Shown here piece after piece: positions 1 to 9,567 of a DNA stretch of 64,000 nucleotides. This DNA is from Bacteroidales bacterium UBA5429 (lineage in GTDB: Bacteria > Bacteroidota > Bacteroidia > Bacteroidales > WCHB1-69). The position numbers were made by a program, and so were the translations under genes. Under the pieces are notes generated by a model. It had not been told where the DNA came from. It saw only the letters and a list, made by a program, of their open reading frames with translations, and ran no database searches. Within the stretch, counting starts at the first letter, position 1. Every line of letters begins with the position of its first letter. Location of the stretch: positions 2,936-66,935 of the forward strand of contig DIRT01000023.1 of assembly GCA_002427605.1 (NCBI GenBank). Direction: 5' to 3'.

Positions 1-1919
1 GCTTTTTGCTGCAATTGTCCGGCTGTAGTCATCTGCACATCATTAAATCTGTACGCCAGAGTAATCTCAAAACGGTCAATCGGTAACATAATCAACTCCG
101 CTTGAAAGGCATGCGAATAGGATTGGTTTAAAATCCCGTTAACACCTCCATTGAGGTTATAAACATAAATGTTGTGCGCATCCCGATCCATATCTACAAT
201 GGTCTGATTAACAAAGTGAGTGTAGTGATAATCCACTGTAAAAATAGATTGTCCACCCTTCATTTTGAAAGTTCTGACATAACTTGCACCAACATTGTAA
301 GCCTCTTCTGGTCTAAGATCTTCCACAAAGTTGAACTCTCTGTTACTCACCAGCAAAGAGAGATTTTCAGCAATCACATTGGAAACTCTGTACGCTTTTC
401 CTGCCGATGCCCTCACTGCATTATGTTCCGATATTTGCCATTTGGTGTGCAAACGAGGAGTGTACAGCATCTGATTATAGTAAGCATGATAATCTACCCT
501 GAAACCGGGCATAACAATAAACTTTTCAGCTATGGAGTACGCATATTCCGCGTAGAATCCGGGTACTATTTCTTTTTTATTTTGAAAATAGTGTGAGGTA
601 CTGACTTGGAGCGTTTTCAAAATTTCTCTCAAATAGTCAACCTGCATACTCAATCCCATTCCGACACGGTGATTTTCTTTTGCTCCAAAACGGTCTGAGT
701 ACAAAATATTTGCATATCCACTCACTTGTTCAGCATTGTAGAGACGCATCCCAAAAATCGACTGATTATCCTGAAAGTTGAACGATAAAATCGTTCCAAT
801 ACTTCTGTGATGGTGATCTTTAAACATAAATCCATTTTTTGTAATCAGATCTACCTTATTGGTTTTAATATGTAATCCGTAAGGATTGAACATGTTCAAT
901 TCCTGTTTGGGATCATACTTCATTTGCCCTCCTACCCTGTCTTCAATCAGATAACCGATCATAGTTCTGCCCTCCATCACCTCTTTATAGCGATAATCGA
1001 TTCTGAACATGGAGTTCAATTGCTTAGTTAGAGGCAAATCCATAAAACCATCCTTATTGTTATCCAAACGTGCCATTTGAGAGTTGGCGTGTAATAAAAG
1101 CAATCCGTAAACCGGTTTAGTTTTGCTCATCGGGAAACGGGTATTAAGATTCACGTCTGCGGAACCCATCGTATTTCCGTATAGATTCAAAAAGAGCTTT
1201 TCCTTATTGGTTTCCGGCTTTTTGTAGTCCAGATTGATCTGTCCGGTGATTCCCTCAAATCCATTAGATACTGAAGAGGTTCCTTTCGAAACACTGATCG
1301 CATCCATCCATGAACCGGGTACAAAACCCAATCCGAACTGATTGCCTAACAATCGGATATAGGGTACATTTTCCAGTAAAATCTGCGTATAAATTCCGGA
1401 TAAACCCAACATCGCAATCTGTTGAGCGCCACTTACGGCATCGGCATACTCAACATCCACGGAGAGCGAGCCCTCGAAGCTTTCTGCCAGATTGCAGCAA
1501 GCTGCTCTACGCAATCCTTCACTGGTAGTAATCTGAGTTAAAATCGGTTTGATAGAAATATAAGAACCCTCTCTAGCTGAAACTTCTACGCCTTGCAGAC
1601 TATTGGCTGAAGACAAAACTATATTTAGAGTTTCCTGATCTTGAGGCACTTCAATCGTATCGTTTGCATACGTTATATAGCGAACAATCAGACGATTTAC
1701 CGAACTGACTCTAGTAATTTCAAATCGACCTTCTGCATCTGAAAAGGCTCCTATATTGGTTCCCAACCACTGCACGGAGGCGCCTGAAACCGGAGACATA
1801 CTACCTCCTTCACCATACTCAGTGATGGTTCCTTTTAAGGTTTGTACCTGGGCTTGAGTTGTCATTATAAAAAATCCCAGACACAATAATATAAACAGTT
1901 GTTTTTTCATTTTATTCAT
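1..1919 (-). CDS. TonB-dependent receptor, N-terminal ~640 aa (C-terminus lies beyond the window edge)
   Basis: Absent from the ORF track because it is open at the window edge. My minus-strand translation from ATG 1919 (alternative 1910) gives the signal peptide MNKMKKQLFILLCLGFFIMTTQAQ. A CarboxypepD_reg-like segment follows (LKGTITEYGEGG..VQWLGTN..DAEGRFEI), then the plug motif AACCNLAESFEGSLSVDVEYADAVSGAQQI, and the frame stays open to position 1. Confidence 0.8.
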   Translation of the reverse strand, partial: MNKMKKQLFILLCLGFFIMTTQAQVQTLKGTITEYGEGGSMSPVSGASVQWLGTNIGAFSDAEGRFEITRVSSVNRLIVRYITYANDTIEVPQDQETLNIVLSSANSLQGVEVSAREGSYISIKPILTQITTSEGLRRAACCNLAESFEGSLSVDVEYADAVSGAQQIAMLGLSGIYTQILLENVPYIRLLGNQFGLGFVPGSWMDAISVSKGTSSVSNGFEGITGQINLDYKKPETNKEKLFLNLYGNTMGSADVNLNTRFPMSKTKPVYGLLLLHANSQMARLDNNKDGFMDLPLTKQLNSMFRIDYRYKEVMEGRTMIGYLIEDRVGGQMKYDPKQELNMFNPYGLHIKTNKVDLITKNGFMFKDHHHRSIGTILSFNFQDNQSIFGMRLYNAEQVSGYANILYSDRFGAKENHRVGMGLSMQVDYLREILKTLQVSTSHYFQNKKEIVPGFYAEYAYSIAEKFIVMPGFRVDYHAYYNQMLYTPRLHTKWQISEHNAVRASAGKAYRVSNVIAENLSLLVSNREFNFVEDLRPEEAYNVGASYVRTFKMKGGQSIFTVDYHYTHFVNQTIVDMDRDAHNIYVYNLNGGVNGILNQSYSHAFQAELIMLPIDRFEITLAYRFNDVQMTTAGQLQQK

Positions 1920-2009
1920 CATTTTAGCACAAGTAAAATCTACTTGTAGTCATTAACAATAGTGTAAATAATTCGCAGTGTACTTTATAACAATTTGAAC
2001 AACAAACTA

Positions 2010-2501
2010 TTAGGCGTACAATACTCTTTGAGAAATAAAATGAATAAAATCGGGACTCCCCGCTCGAATGGAGGGAGGATCAATATCTGTACTCATCTGT
2101 TCAAAAGAGGCTGGAACAGATGATATTTCAACTATTGGCTCATTGAAAAGATCAATCGGATCACATGTTAATTGATATTCCTTTGATAAATCATCAACTT
2201 TATAGCTATCAGTAATTTTTATCAGTTGGGAAACCAGCGAACAATGAGAGTGCATAGTACAGTGAGAATGTTCCTCATCCACTGATGAGCAGGCATGACA
2301 TTCTTCAGACTCACAACCTGTATGATGATGTTCATGGATAAGCAAATAGATACTATGTCGCGAAGTAGAACAAATATGATCATGCGATTCCGTACACACA
2401 TGAACTGTCACCATAATCCCTGATGAAAACACAAAAAAGATCAGCATCACCACCATGGTGATAACGTGCGATAAAATCTTATATACTCTTTTGTTTTTCA
2501 T
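2010..2501 (-). CDS. His/Cys-rich single-pass membrane protein, possible metal-binding partner of the adjacent TonB receptor
   Basis: ORF track 2010..2513; the likely start is MKNKRVY. One N-terminal TM helix is followed by HVCTESHDHIC, HEHHHTGCESEECHAC and EEHSHCTMHSHC. It is co-directional with, and directly upstream of, the receptor gene. Confidence 0.55.
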   Translation of the reverse strand: MKNKRVYKILSHVITMVVMLIFFVFSSGIMVTVHVCTESHDHICSTSRHSIYLLIHEHHHTGCESEECHACSSVDEEHSHCTMHSHCSLVSQLIKITDSYKVDDLSKEYQLTCDPIDLFNEPIVEISSVPASFEQMSTDIDPPSIRAGSPDFIHFISQRVLYA

Positions 2502-2646
2502 AATAATCTGCAAAAATAGGAAAAATTTATATATAAATGGTTTGTGATCAAAATTACAATTACACTTGTTTTAAATCCAAAATTAATTATACATTTGCAC
2601 CTATAAAATCCGGAAATAAAATCAATAATTCAAATTAATACTGATT

Positions 2647-3174
2647 ATGAAGCATTTAGTGTTTATTATAAGTTTAATTTTATTCATCAACCTCAATGTT
2701 TATCCACAAAATAACAGTATCAATTTTACCGATGAGAATGGAAAAAAACAAGGTTTTTGGATTGAAGATAATGAATGTGCTTACTATGTAGATGATGTAT
2801 TGCATGGATTAAGTATAAGCTATTTTAAGAAAAATCATAACTTATTTCGTATTGGAGAATTTGAAAACGGTGAATATGCCGGAACTTGGATGTTTTTTGA
2901 TGAAAAAGTTGGATATCTTAGTTGTAAAATATTTGATATCAAGTTAAATGATGGGAAAAAAGTGCTGATTGATAAGTATCGTGGATTAACAAAAACACCA
3001 ATACGTCAGGCGTATATGATTGAATATTATCCTACTGGCGTTATAAAGAAAGAAGGTATTATCCTTTATGACAGCAGTATGGAAGTAGATTTTTACGAAT
3101 ATGGTTCGTGGAAATTTTATAATGAAAAAGGAGAGCTGATAAAAGTTGAAAACAAATCTCCATCTACCGACTAA
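2647..3174 (+). CDS. Exported MORN-variant / YwqK-like repeat protein
   Basis: Signal peptide MKHLVFIISLILFINLNVYPQ. Repeated G-x-W-x-x-Y/F motifs are present (GKKQGFWIED, NGEYAGTWMFFDEKVG, YGSWKFYNEKGELI). Confidence 0.5.
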   Translation: MKHLVFIISLILFINLNVYPQNNSINFTDENGKKQGFWIEDNECAYYVDDVLHGLSISYFKKNHNLFRIGEFENGEYAGTWMFFDEKVGYLSCKIFDIKLNDGKKVLIDKYRGLTKTPIRQAYMIEYYPTGVIKKEGIILYDSSMEVDFYEYGSWKFYNEKGELIKVENKSPSTD

Positions 3175-3219
3175 ATTCTAAATTTATGAATCTGCGAAGT
3201 ATATAATTCAAAAACAGGT

Positions 3220-3297
3220 ATGAAAAAAAGTATTTTAGTTTTCTTCTTTATATTGTTGCTCAGCCATACTGTTTTATCTCAAATTGAATCTCATTAA
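3220..3297 (+). pseudogene. Signal-peptide-only ORF (25 codons), probable remnant of an exported protein gene
   Basis: ATG at 3220 gives MKKSILVFFFILLLSHTVLSQIESH, then TAA. A +1 frame ORF (3284..3478) continues with Lys-rich sequence and runs into the heptamer repeats and the murB 3' end. Confidence 0.25.
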
Positions 3298-3397
3298 TGT
3301 TATAGACAAAGATAATTACAAATTTACAATAGTTTCTCCGAAAATTAAAGACAAAGAGAAAGGTAAAGAGAAAATCAAATTAGGGGATCACATCGCA

Positions 3398-3450
3398 TTC
3401 CGAAATCCGAAATCATTCCGCCTTAAAATTCTACCTTCTTCCTTCTACCT
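3398..3450 (-). repeat. Heptamer array: (GGTAGAA/GGAAGAA)x3 .. GGCGGAATG (ATTTCGG)x2, read on the minus strand
   Basis: The plus strand shows CCGAAAT x2 (3400..3413) and TTCTACC TTCTTCC TTCTACC (3430..3450). The last unit contains the murB stop codon (3445..3447). Confidence 0.8.
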
Positions 3451-4440
3451 TTGCACAATCACCTCTGGTTCAAGGTAAACTCCATACTTCTGCACGACGC
3501 TTTCCTTGATCTTTTCCGCTAATTGGAGAATTTCTTGTCCTGTGGCGATACCGTAGTTGACTAGGATTAGGGCTTGTTTGGGATACACGCCGGCGTCCCC
3601 TTCGCGATACCCTTTCCAGCCCGCCATATCAATCAGCTGTCCGGCTGCCAGCTTTATATTCTCATTCGCTACCGGATAACCAATCAGATTGGGATATTCC
3701 GCTTTCAGCTGATTCCATTGTTCTATAGAAACAACGGGATTTTTGAAAAAGCTTCCTGCTGAACCGATCTCCTTTACCGATGGCAATTTGGAGTTTCTTA
3801 TCCGAAGCACTTCATCACGAACTCCGGCAAGGGTCACTTTATCAGGCTCTTGCGCCAACTCCTTCAAGGCGCCATATTCAAGGTTAAACGATTTAATCTT
3901 ATACAACTGAAATACCACTTCCGTAATCACATATTGATCTTTAACCTCTCTCTTAAAAATCGAATCGCGGTAGCCAAATCGGCAATCCTCATTGGTAAAC
4001 AGCACTTTACGTCCATTGTCGAGACGCAAAGTATGGACTTGAAAGATCCGATCTTTAGCTTCCATACCATACGCTCCGATATTTTGCACAGCGCTACTCC
4101 CCACTTTTCCGGGAATACCGGCTAAATTCTCCAATCCGTAATAATTATGCTCCACACAGTAATTTACCAGATCATCCCATTCCTCACCGGCCGCTACTTT
4201 CAGATAAACATAGGTACTATTTTCCGCTATCCATTGAATCCCTTTCGTATTGATATAGAACACTCTGGCTGCTAAATCCTGAGTAAACAGGAAGTTGCTT
4301 CCTCCCCCCAAAATTAAAAACGGTTCAAAAAAAAGTTTCTTTTCAATCGCATCCACCAGCTGAGAGGGATCTGTAATCTCAATCAACTCTTTACATAATG
4401 CACTAATTCCGAATGTATTATATTGTTTTAAATCAACCAT
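3445..4440 (-). CDS. murB: UDP-N-acetylenolpyruvoylglucosamine reductase
   Basis: 331 aa with an FAD-binding PCMH-type N-terminus (ILGGGSNFLF), GIPGKVGSSAVQNIGAYG, and the MurB C-terminal domain (SAGSFFKNP). Confidence 0.9.
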   Translation of the reverse strand: MVDLKQYNTFGISALCKELIEITDPSQLVDAIEKKLFFEPFLILGGGSNFLFTQDLAARVFYINTKGIQWIAENSTYVYLKVAAGEEWDDLVNYCVEHNYYGLENLAGIPGKVGSSAVQNIGAYGMEAKDRIFQVHTLRLDNGRKVLFTNEDCRFGYRDSIFKREVKDQYVITEVVFQLYKIKSFNLEYGALKELAQEPDKVTLAGVRDEVLRIRNSKLPSVKEIGSAGSFFKNPVVSIEQWNQLKAEYPNLIGYPVANENIKLAAGQLIDMAGWKGYREGDAGVYPKQALILVNYGIATGQEILQLAEKIKESVVQKYGVYLEPEVIVQR

Positions 4441-4446
4441 AATTCA

Positions 4447-5511
4447 TCATTTTTTTGATATCCAATAGATTGCTCCACCTGCACTATCTTGTGTAGCACC
4501 GGTAACCGAAGCGAGTGTATTATCCTCTTGACGCCATCTCAAATAGCCCAAAAATGCAAAAACAATCGCCTCCTTAAACTTGATTGTCTGCTCATCAGGA
4601 AGACAAATTTCCGATTGAGTATGTGCAGCTATTCGCTTCATTAAAAATGAGTTAAACGCACCTCCACCCGTCACCAACACCTTTCCTTGATCCGGCAGAT
4701 TAGCCCCGATAACAGATGCAATATGCTCCGTGATGGTTGCCATTAAATCCTCCGATGAAGCTTCCGTTTCCTCTAAAATCGGCAAAAACACCTGCTCAAA
4801 CCACTCCCGTCCCAACGATTTAGGGTATGGTTTTTTATAATATTTTAATTTTTGTAATTGAATTATTAGGGGGGAGACAATTCGTCCCTTTTCGGCAATC
4901 GCTCCCTCTCTATCGAACGGGTATCCCATTTGGCGCGCATAGTGATTGAGTGGGATATTGCAGAGCGAAATATCATAAGCCACCCACTTCGCTCCATCCT
5001 CGAAAGAGATATTAGCTATACCACCCAGATTCAGACACGCATCATACTCTGAAAAGAGCAAGCGATCTCCAATTGGCACCAGAGGAGCCCCCTGACCGCC
5101 CAACGCCACATCCAAAGAGCGGAAGTCACACACAACAGGTATTCCGGTCAGTCCGGCAAGTGTTCCACCATTGCCAATCTGAGTCGTGAAGCCCAGCTCC
5201 GGTGCATGAAAAACGGTATGACCGTGAGAAGCAATAAAATCGGGTGTGATGCCTACCTTTCCGATCAGCCGATTCACCTCCTGAGCACAAAATTGCGCAA
5301 ACTCCTGATCCAACCGCATCAGTTCAAAACCGGACAACTGGTGTGCCCGCCCCAACCGACTGCGCAGCTCGTCACTATAAGAAACCTCCTCCGTAGCTAC
5401 CACCTCATAGCGATAAACTCCCTGATTTTCTGTAAATTGACAAAAAGCCAAATCCAGTCCATCCAGCGAAGTCCCCGACATTAAACCGATAACAAATCTA
5501 TAATGTTGCAT
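4447..5511 (-). CDS. anmK: Anhydro-N-acetylmuramic acid kinase
   Basis: 354 aa. GLMSGTSLDGLDLA at the N-terminus, LNLGGIANIS and VTGGGAFNSFLM are typical of AnmK. It sits 6 nt upstream of murB. Confidence 0.9.
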   Translation of the reverse strand: MQHYRFVIGLMSGTSLDGLDLAFCQFTENQGVYRYEVVATEEVSYSDELRSRLGRAHQLSGFELMRLDQEFAQFCAQEVNRLIGKVGITPDFIASHGHTVFHAPELGFTTQIGNGGTLAGLTGIPVVCDFRSLDVALGGQGAPLVPIGDRLLFSEYDACLNLGGIANISFEDGAKWVAYDISLCNIPLNHYARQMGYPFDREGAIAEKGRIVSPLIIQLQKLKYYKKPYPKSLGREWFEQVFLPILEETEASSEDLMATITEHIASVIGANLPDQGKVLVTGGGAFNSFLMKRIAAHTQSEICLPDEQTIKFKEAIVFAFLGYLRWRQEDNTLASVTGATQDSAGGAIYWISKK

Positions 5512-5565
5512 TGTGGAAAAAATAACTCACAAAAGTAAGAAAAAGTTTCAATATAAAACTCTGTT

Positions 5566-5590
5566 GAAGGCGGAAGGCGAAAGGCGGAAT
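5566..5590 (+). repeat. Heptamer array GAAGGCG GAAGGCG AAAGGCG GAAT
   Basis: Read directly from the sequence. It lies in the divergent intergenic region between anmK and the truncated TonB receptor ORF. Confidence 0.8.
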
Positions 5591-5690
5591 AAGATCGTTT
5601 CCACCTTTAAAGCAACCTTTTAGGAGTAAAATATTTAATTGTAAGGTTTATTTATGATGTAAAAAATAAACCATACCTGAACCTATTTAT

Positions 5691-7754
5691 TTGAGATCAT
5701 TGGCATTGCATCTGGGTGAGTTCGAGGTATCAGCGAGTAGAACTGAAAAGGAGATCAGCGTTGAAAAGACCAAAATAAACGTAGCACAAAGCATTTCTGC
5801 TATTTCCGGCAATATCACAGATGTATTAAAAAGTCAGCCCTCTATTAGCATTGACGGGGAGGACAATGTTTATCTCCGTGGAAATAAAAACATTCTTCTG
5901 CTTATTGATGGTGTTCCCACTACAGTATCAGGCTTGAATTCAATTCCGGCATCGCACGTTGAAAGCATTGAAATCATCACCAACCCGGATGTAAAATATG
6001 ATGCGGAAGGAACAGGCGGTATCATCAACATCGTAACTAAAAGAGAAACCCTATCCGGAATGAGTGGTGCAGCTTCTTTAAATTATGGCATTTACAACAA
6101 AATCAATGGAGGATTGAATTTAAACTACTCTAAAGGAATTTGGGATATCGGAATAAGCTATAATGGTAAATATGAAAAAAATGATATTCAAAGTAGTTTG
6201 ATGAGAGAACTGTACGCTCAAAACCTCTTTGTTGAACAAGATATTCAATCGATACAAAGAAATTCAAATCATACACTAGGATTATTATTCAATGCAAAGC
6301 CGACAAAAAAAGATCTATTTTCTTTGAGTTTAAAATATATGTCGCCTCATTTGAATAATATTCAATCCATTACCGGACAACAATTGGAGGACACGCTGCC
6401 TGAATTTCATTTTAATAGAAAAAACAACATCACTCACTCGAGAAAAACCTTTGGAACTACGCTATCCTATAAACGAATCATTGAAAAGAACAAACACGAA
6501 CTCTCTTTTGATGCTTCATTTTCAAGAACAAAAGGTTCCAGACCTGCTGAATATCATATTGAAAACGTGCTGTTACAAAAATCTTTCGGTGGGGGAAGAC
6601 CCACTAATATGAGTATTCAGGCTGACTACATGAAATCTTTATTCAAAACCGGTAAAATAGAATTTGGCTTAAAAGGATTTTCCAGATGGAATAATTTCAA
6701 TTATTATTTTTACGATTTAGAGAGCATCTCAAGTGAATGGATTTTAAAACCTGAATTTAGTAACAACCTAGAGCATCAGGAATATATTTACTCATCATAT
6801 CTACTCTATTCTGACAGTTTATTTAAGAAAATCTATTATAAAATAGGTGCTAGAATAGAATATAACAGTTCTGAATTGATTCAAAAATCTATCCAAGATA
6901 CTGTTTATACAAAATATCTATTTCCCTTCCCCTATTTACTAATCAAATACGATATAGATAACGCCCAAAACATTGCTTTAAGCATAAATCGAAGAATAAC
7001 ACGCCCAACTTATCCTCAATTAAATCCATTTATCAACATCATTGACCAAATGACATACGAAACGGGAAATAAAAACTTGCAACCTGAAATTCTTGACAAA
7101 GTAGAGTTCAACTACTCTTTAATAAAAGAAAAGTTTCAGCTTAACAGTAACATATTTTATAGCCGTACCCAAAACTTCATTACACAAGTCTCTATGTTGA
7201 ACACACCTGAGAGATTAATACTTACGTACGTCAATGGAAAGGTACAAAACAAAATGGGAGGCGATTTGAACATCACCTATAAACTCAATAAATATCTTTC
7301 TTTAAATCCCGGATTTTCAATATTTTACACTCAATCAACCGGTCAATACAATGAAATTGATTTAAGTACTGACAACCTTGCCTGGACAGGAAATATCAAA
7401 GCAACCATTAAACCGGACAAAAAAACAGAAATTCAACTATTCTTTAATTATAACTCTCCTATTGAATTACCTCAATTCCATTTGAGCGAAATTTATTATG
7501 CAGACATTGCTGTAAAACGAACCTTTTTCAACAATAGATTTTCCGTTAGCCTTATCTTGACTGATGTTTTTAACACACGTAAATGGGAGATCAATTCAGA
7601 TAATGCTATTTACAAACTCACCAACTACAGCAAAAGCGAAACCCGGATTGTGTGGATAGGATTGACCTACAACTTCAACTCCTTCAAAGGTGGTAAATCT
7701 CAGAAAAACGGTGAAAATGACAGTGACGGAGGAATCATCAGACTTGGGCAATAA
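5691..7754 (+). CDS. TonB-dependent receptor-like outer membrane barrel, N-terminally truncated (possible pseudogene)
   Basis: Plug-like sequence starts at the ORF beginning (EVSASRTEKE..VLKSQPSISIDGEDNVYLRGNKNILLLIDGVPT). The barrel ends in the aromatic LTYNFNSF motif. The frame opens only at 5670 after a TAA, and there is no ATG, signal peptide or CarboxypepD_reg domain. Confidence 0.6.
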   Translation: MRSLALHLGEFEVSASRTEKEISVEKTKINVAQSISAISGNITDVLKSQPSISIDGEDNVYLRGNKNILLLIDGVPTTVSGLNSIPASHVESIEIITNPDVKYDAEGTGGIINIVTKRETLSGMSGAASLNYGIYNKINGGLNLNYSKGIWDIGISYNGKYEKNDIQSSLMRELYAQNLFVEQDIQSIQRNSNHTLGLLFNAKPTKKDLFSLSLKYMSPHLNNIQSITGQQLEDTLPEFHFNRKNNITHSRKTFGTTLSYKRIIEKNKHELSFDASFSRTKGSRPAEYHIENVLLQKSFGGGRPTNMSIQADYMKSLFKTGKIEFGLKGFSRWNNFNYYFYDLESISSEWILKPEFSNNLEHQEYIYSSYLLYSDSLFKKIYYKIGARIEYNSSELIQKSIQDTVYTKYLFPFPYLLIKYDIDNAQNIALSINRRITRPTYPQLNPFINIIDQMTYETGNKNLQPEILDKVEFNYSLIKEKFQLNSNIFYSRTQNFITQVSMLNTPERLILTYVNGKVQNKMGGDLNITYKLNKYLSLNPGFSIFYTQSTGQYNEIDLSTDNLAWTGNIKATIKPDKKTEIQLFFNYNSPIELPQFHLSEIYYADIAVKRTFFNNRFSVSLILTDVFNTRKWEINSDNAIYKLTNYSKSETRIVWIGLTYNFNSFKGGKSQKNGENDSDGGIIRLGQ

Positions 7755-7832
7755 ATCAACACCAAAAAGCAAGATTATTGAAATTCATAATTAACGTAAA
7801 GAAACAAATATTTTTGTACTTTTGCATTGAAA

Positions 7833-8729
7833 ATGTATTACAGAAGAAAAGTATTATTGGCTTTATTGGAATTGTTTGATGGACAACTTACTGCCAAACA
7901 GTTTCAGAAATATTTGTTCTTGTTTACCCGTAAACAAGAAACTAAATCCTTTGATTTTCTTCCGTATCTCTATGGCTGTTTTTCGTTTCAAGCTAATCAA
8001 GACATTGCAACACTCACTAAATATGGATATTGCAAAATTATCGATACAGAAAAGGGGAGATTTTATGAATTAACAAATGAGGACCATTTCCTCGATATGC
8101 TTAATCCGAGAGATAGAAAGGCACTTCTCGACGTTAAAGAACAGTTTGGCAATTTAACACAAACTGATTTAATTCGCTACACTTATCAGCAATATCCATA
8201 TTACGCAATAAAAAGTATTATTGCCAAAAATTTGCTGAATAGTGAAGAACTCTGTAAGATTGAACAAGAAAAACGACATTATATCGAAAAACATCTTTTC
8301 ACTATTGGTTATGAAGGAATATCCCTTGAAACCTATATTAACAAGTTGATTATTAATGATATCAATGTACTTTGTGATGTTCGAAAGAACGCTTATAGCC
8401 AAAAATATGGGTTTTCTAAAAAAACTCTCAAACTGGCTTGTAAAGGTGCTGATATTGAATACATTCACATTCCTGACTTAGGGATTATTTCTAACAAAAG
8501 ACAAGAATTACGTACACAAACGGACTACGACCTATTGTTTCAGGAGTACGAAAAAACAACTTTAAAAGAAAACAAAGCTGCACTTCTCATTATCCGTAAT
8601 TTATTGGATAAAGGGAAACGAGTGGCTCTAACCTGCTTCGAAAAAGATCCAAAACAATGCCACCGCACTTATGTGGCCAATGCTCTCATACAACTACCAG
8701 ATACTGACTATAAACTAACATATCTCTAA
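7833..8729 (+). CDS. Fusion protein: uncharacterised N-terminal domain (Panacea/DUF4065-like impression) + C-terminal DUF488 domain
   Basis: DUF488 signature in the C-terminal half: LFTIGYEGISLE..LCDVRKNAYSQKYGF..IEYIHIPDLG..RVALTCFEKDPKQCHRTYVA. The N-terminal half has FQKYLFLF..FLPYLYGCFSF. A TACTTTTG -7 box lies about 15 nt upstream. Confidence 0.75.
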   Translation: MYYRRKVLLALLELFDGQLTAKQFQKYLFLFTRKQETKSFDFLPYLYGCFSFQANQDIATLTKYGYCKIIDTEKGRFYELTNEDHFLDMLNPRDRKALLDVKEQFGNLTQTDLIRYTYQQYPYYAIKSIIAKNLLNSEELCKIEQEKRHYIEKHLFTIGYEGISLETYINKLIINDINVLCDVRKNAYSQKYGFSKKTLKLACKGADIEYIHIPDLGIISNKRQELRTQTDYDLLFQEYEKTTLKENKAALLIIRNLLDKGKRVALTCFEKDPKQCHRTYVANALIQLPDTDYKLTYL

Positions 8730-8733
8730 TTTC

Positions 8734-9567
8734 ATGGCTCTTACTCGTATTCTTATATCTGTAAAAACTTACCCTACACTTTCTGCCACTTACGATGAAC
8801 TAGTTTGCACAGCTGGTTTTAAAGAAGATGGTTCTTGGATTAGAATATATCCGGTTCCTTATCGAAAATTAAAATATGCCGACCAATATAAAAAGTGGCA
8901 ATGGATTGAAATAGACATTGTTCGTAACACAAAAGATTTCAGAAAAGAGAGTTATCGTCCGGCTGATTTAGACAAAGATATTATTATTGGTGAAACTATT
9001 CCTACGACAAACAATTGGATACTCCGAAAAGAAATTGCTCTTAAAAATGTTTATACCGATATGTCAACTTTGATTCAAGAAGCAAAAGACATAAATATTG
9101 GCAGGTCCTTAGCCGTACTCAGACCTAAAAAGGTTATCGATTTTATCTGGTAACCATGTGAAAGAGAATGGGACAAAAATAAACTTGACGCTATAATTGC
9201 AAAGCAATCCCAAAACAACTTATTTGACAATGAAGAAACTAAAAAAATATTCCAAATAGCAAAAAAACTACCCTATAAATTTTCTTATATTTTCACCACA
9301 GAAGATGGCAAAAAACGCGCTTTAATGGTTGAAGACTGGGAACTGGGTGCTTTATACTGGAATTGTTTGAAAAGTGCAAACGGAAATGAAGAAGTAGCTT
9401 GTCAAAAAGTGAAAGAAAAGTATTTTGACTACATGGTTAACAAATGTGATTTACATTTCTTCCTTGGAACTACACAAAAGTTTCACATGGTAGGACCCAA
9501 TCCATTTATTATAATCGGCGTTTTTTATCCCCTCAAGGAAGATAAAACACAGCTTTCTCTGTTTTAA
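8734..9567 (+). pseudogene. Conserved-looking hypothetical gene (~277 codons) interrupted by a single in-frame TAA at 9151..9153
   Basis: ORFs 8734..9153 and 9325..9567 are in the same frame (591 nt apart). The stretch between them also reads as clean protein (PCEREWDKNKLDAIIAKQSQNNLFDNEETKKIF..KKRALMVEDWELG). The gene starts 5 nt after the DUF488 gene. Confidence 0.65.
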
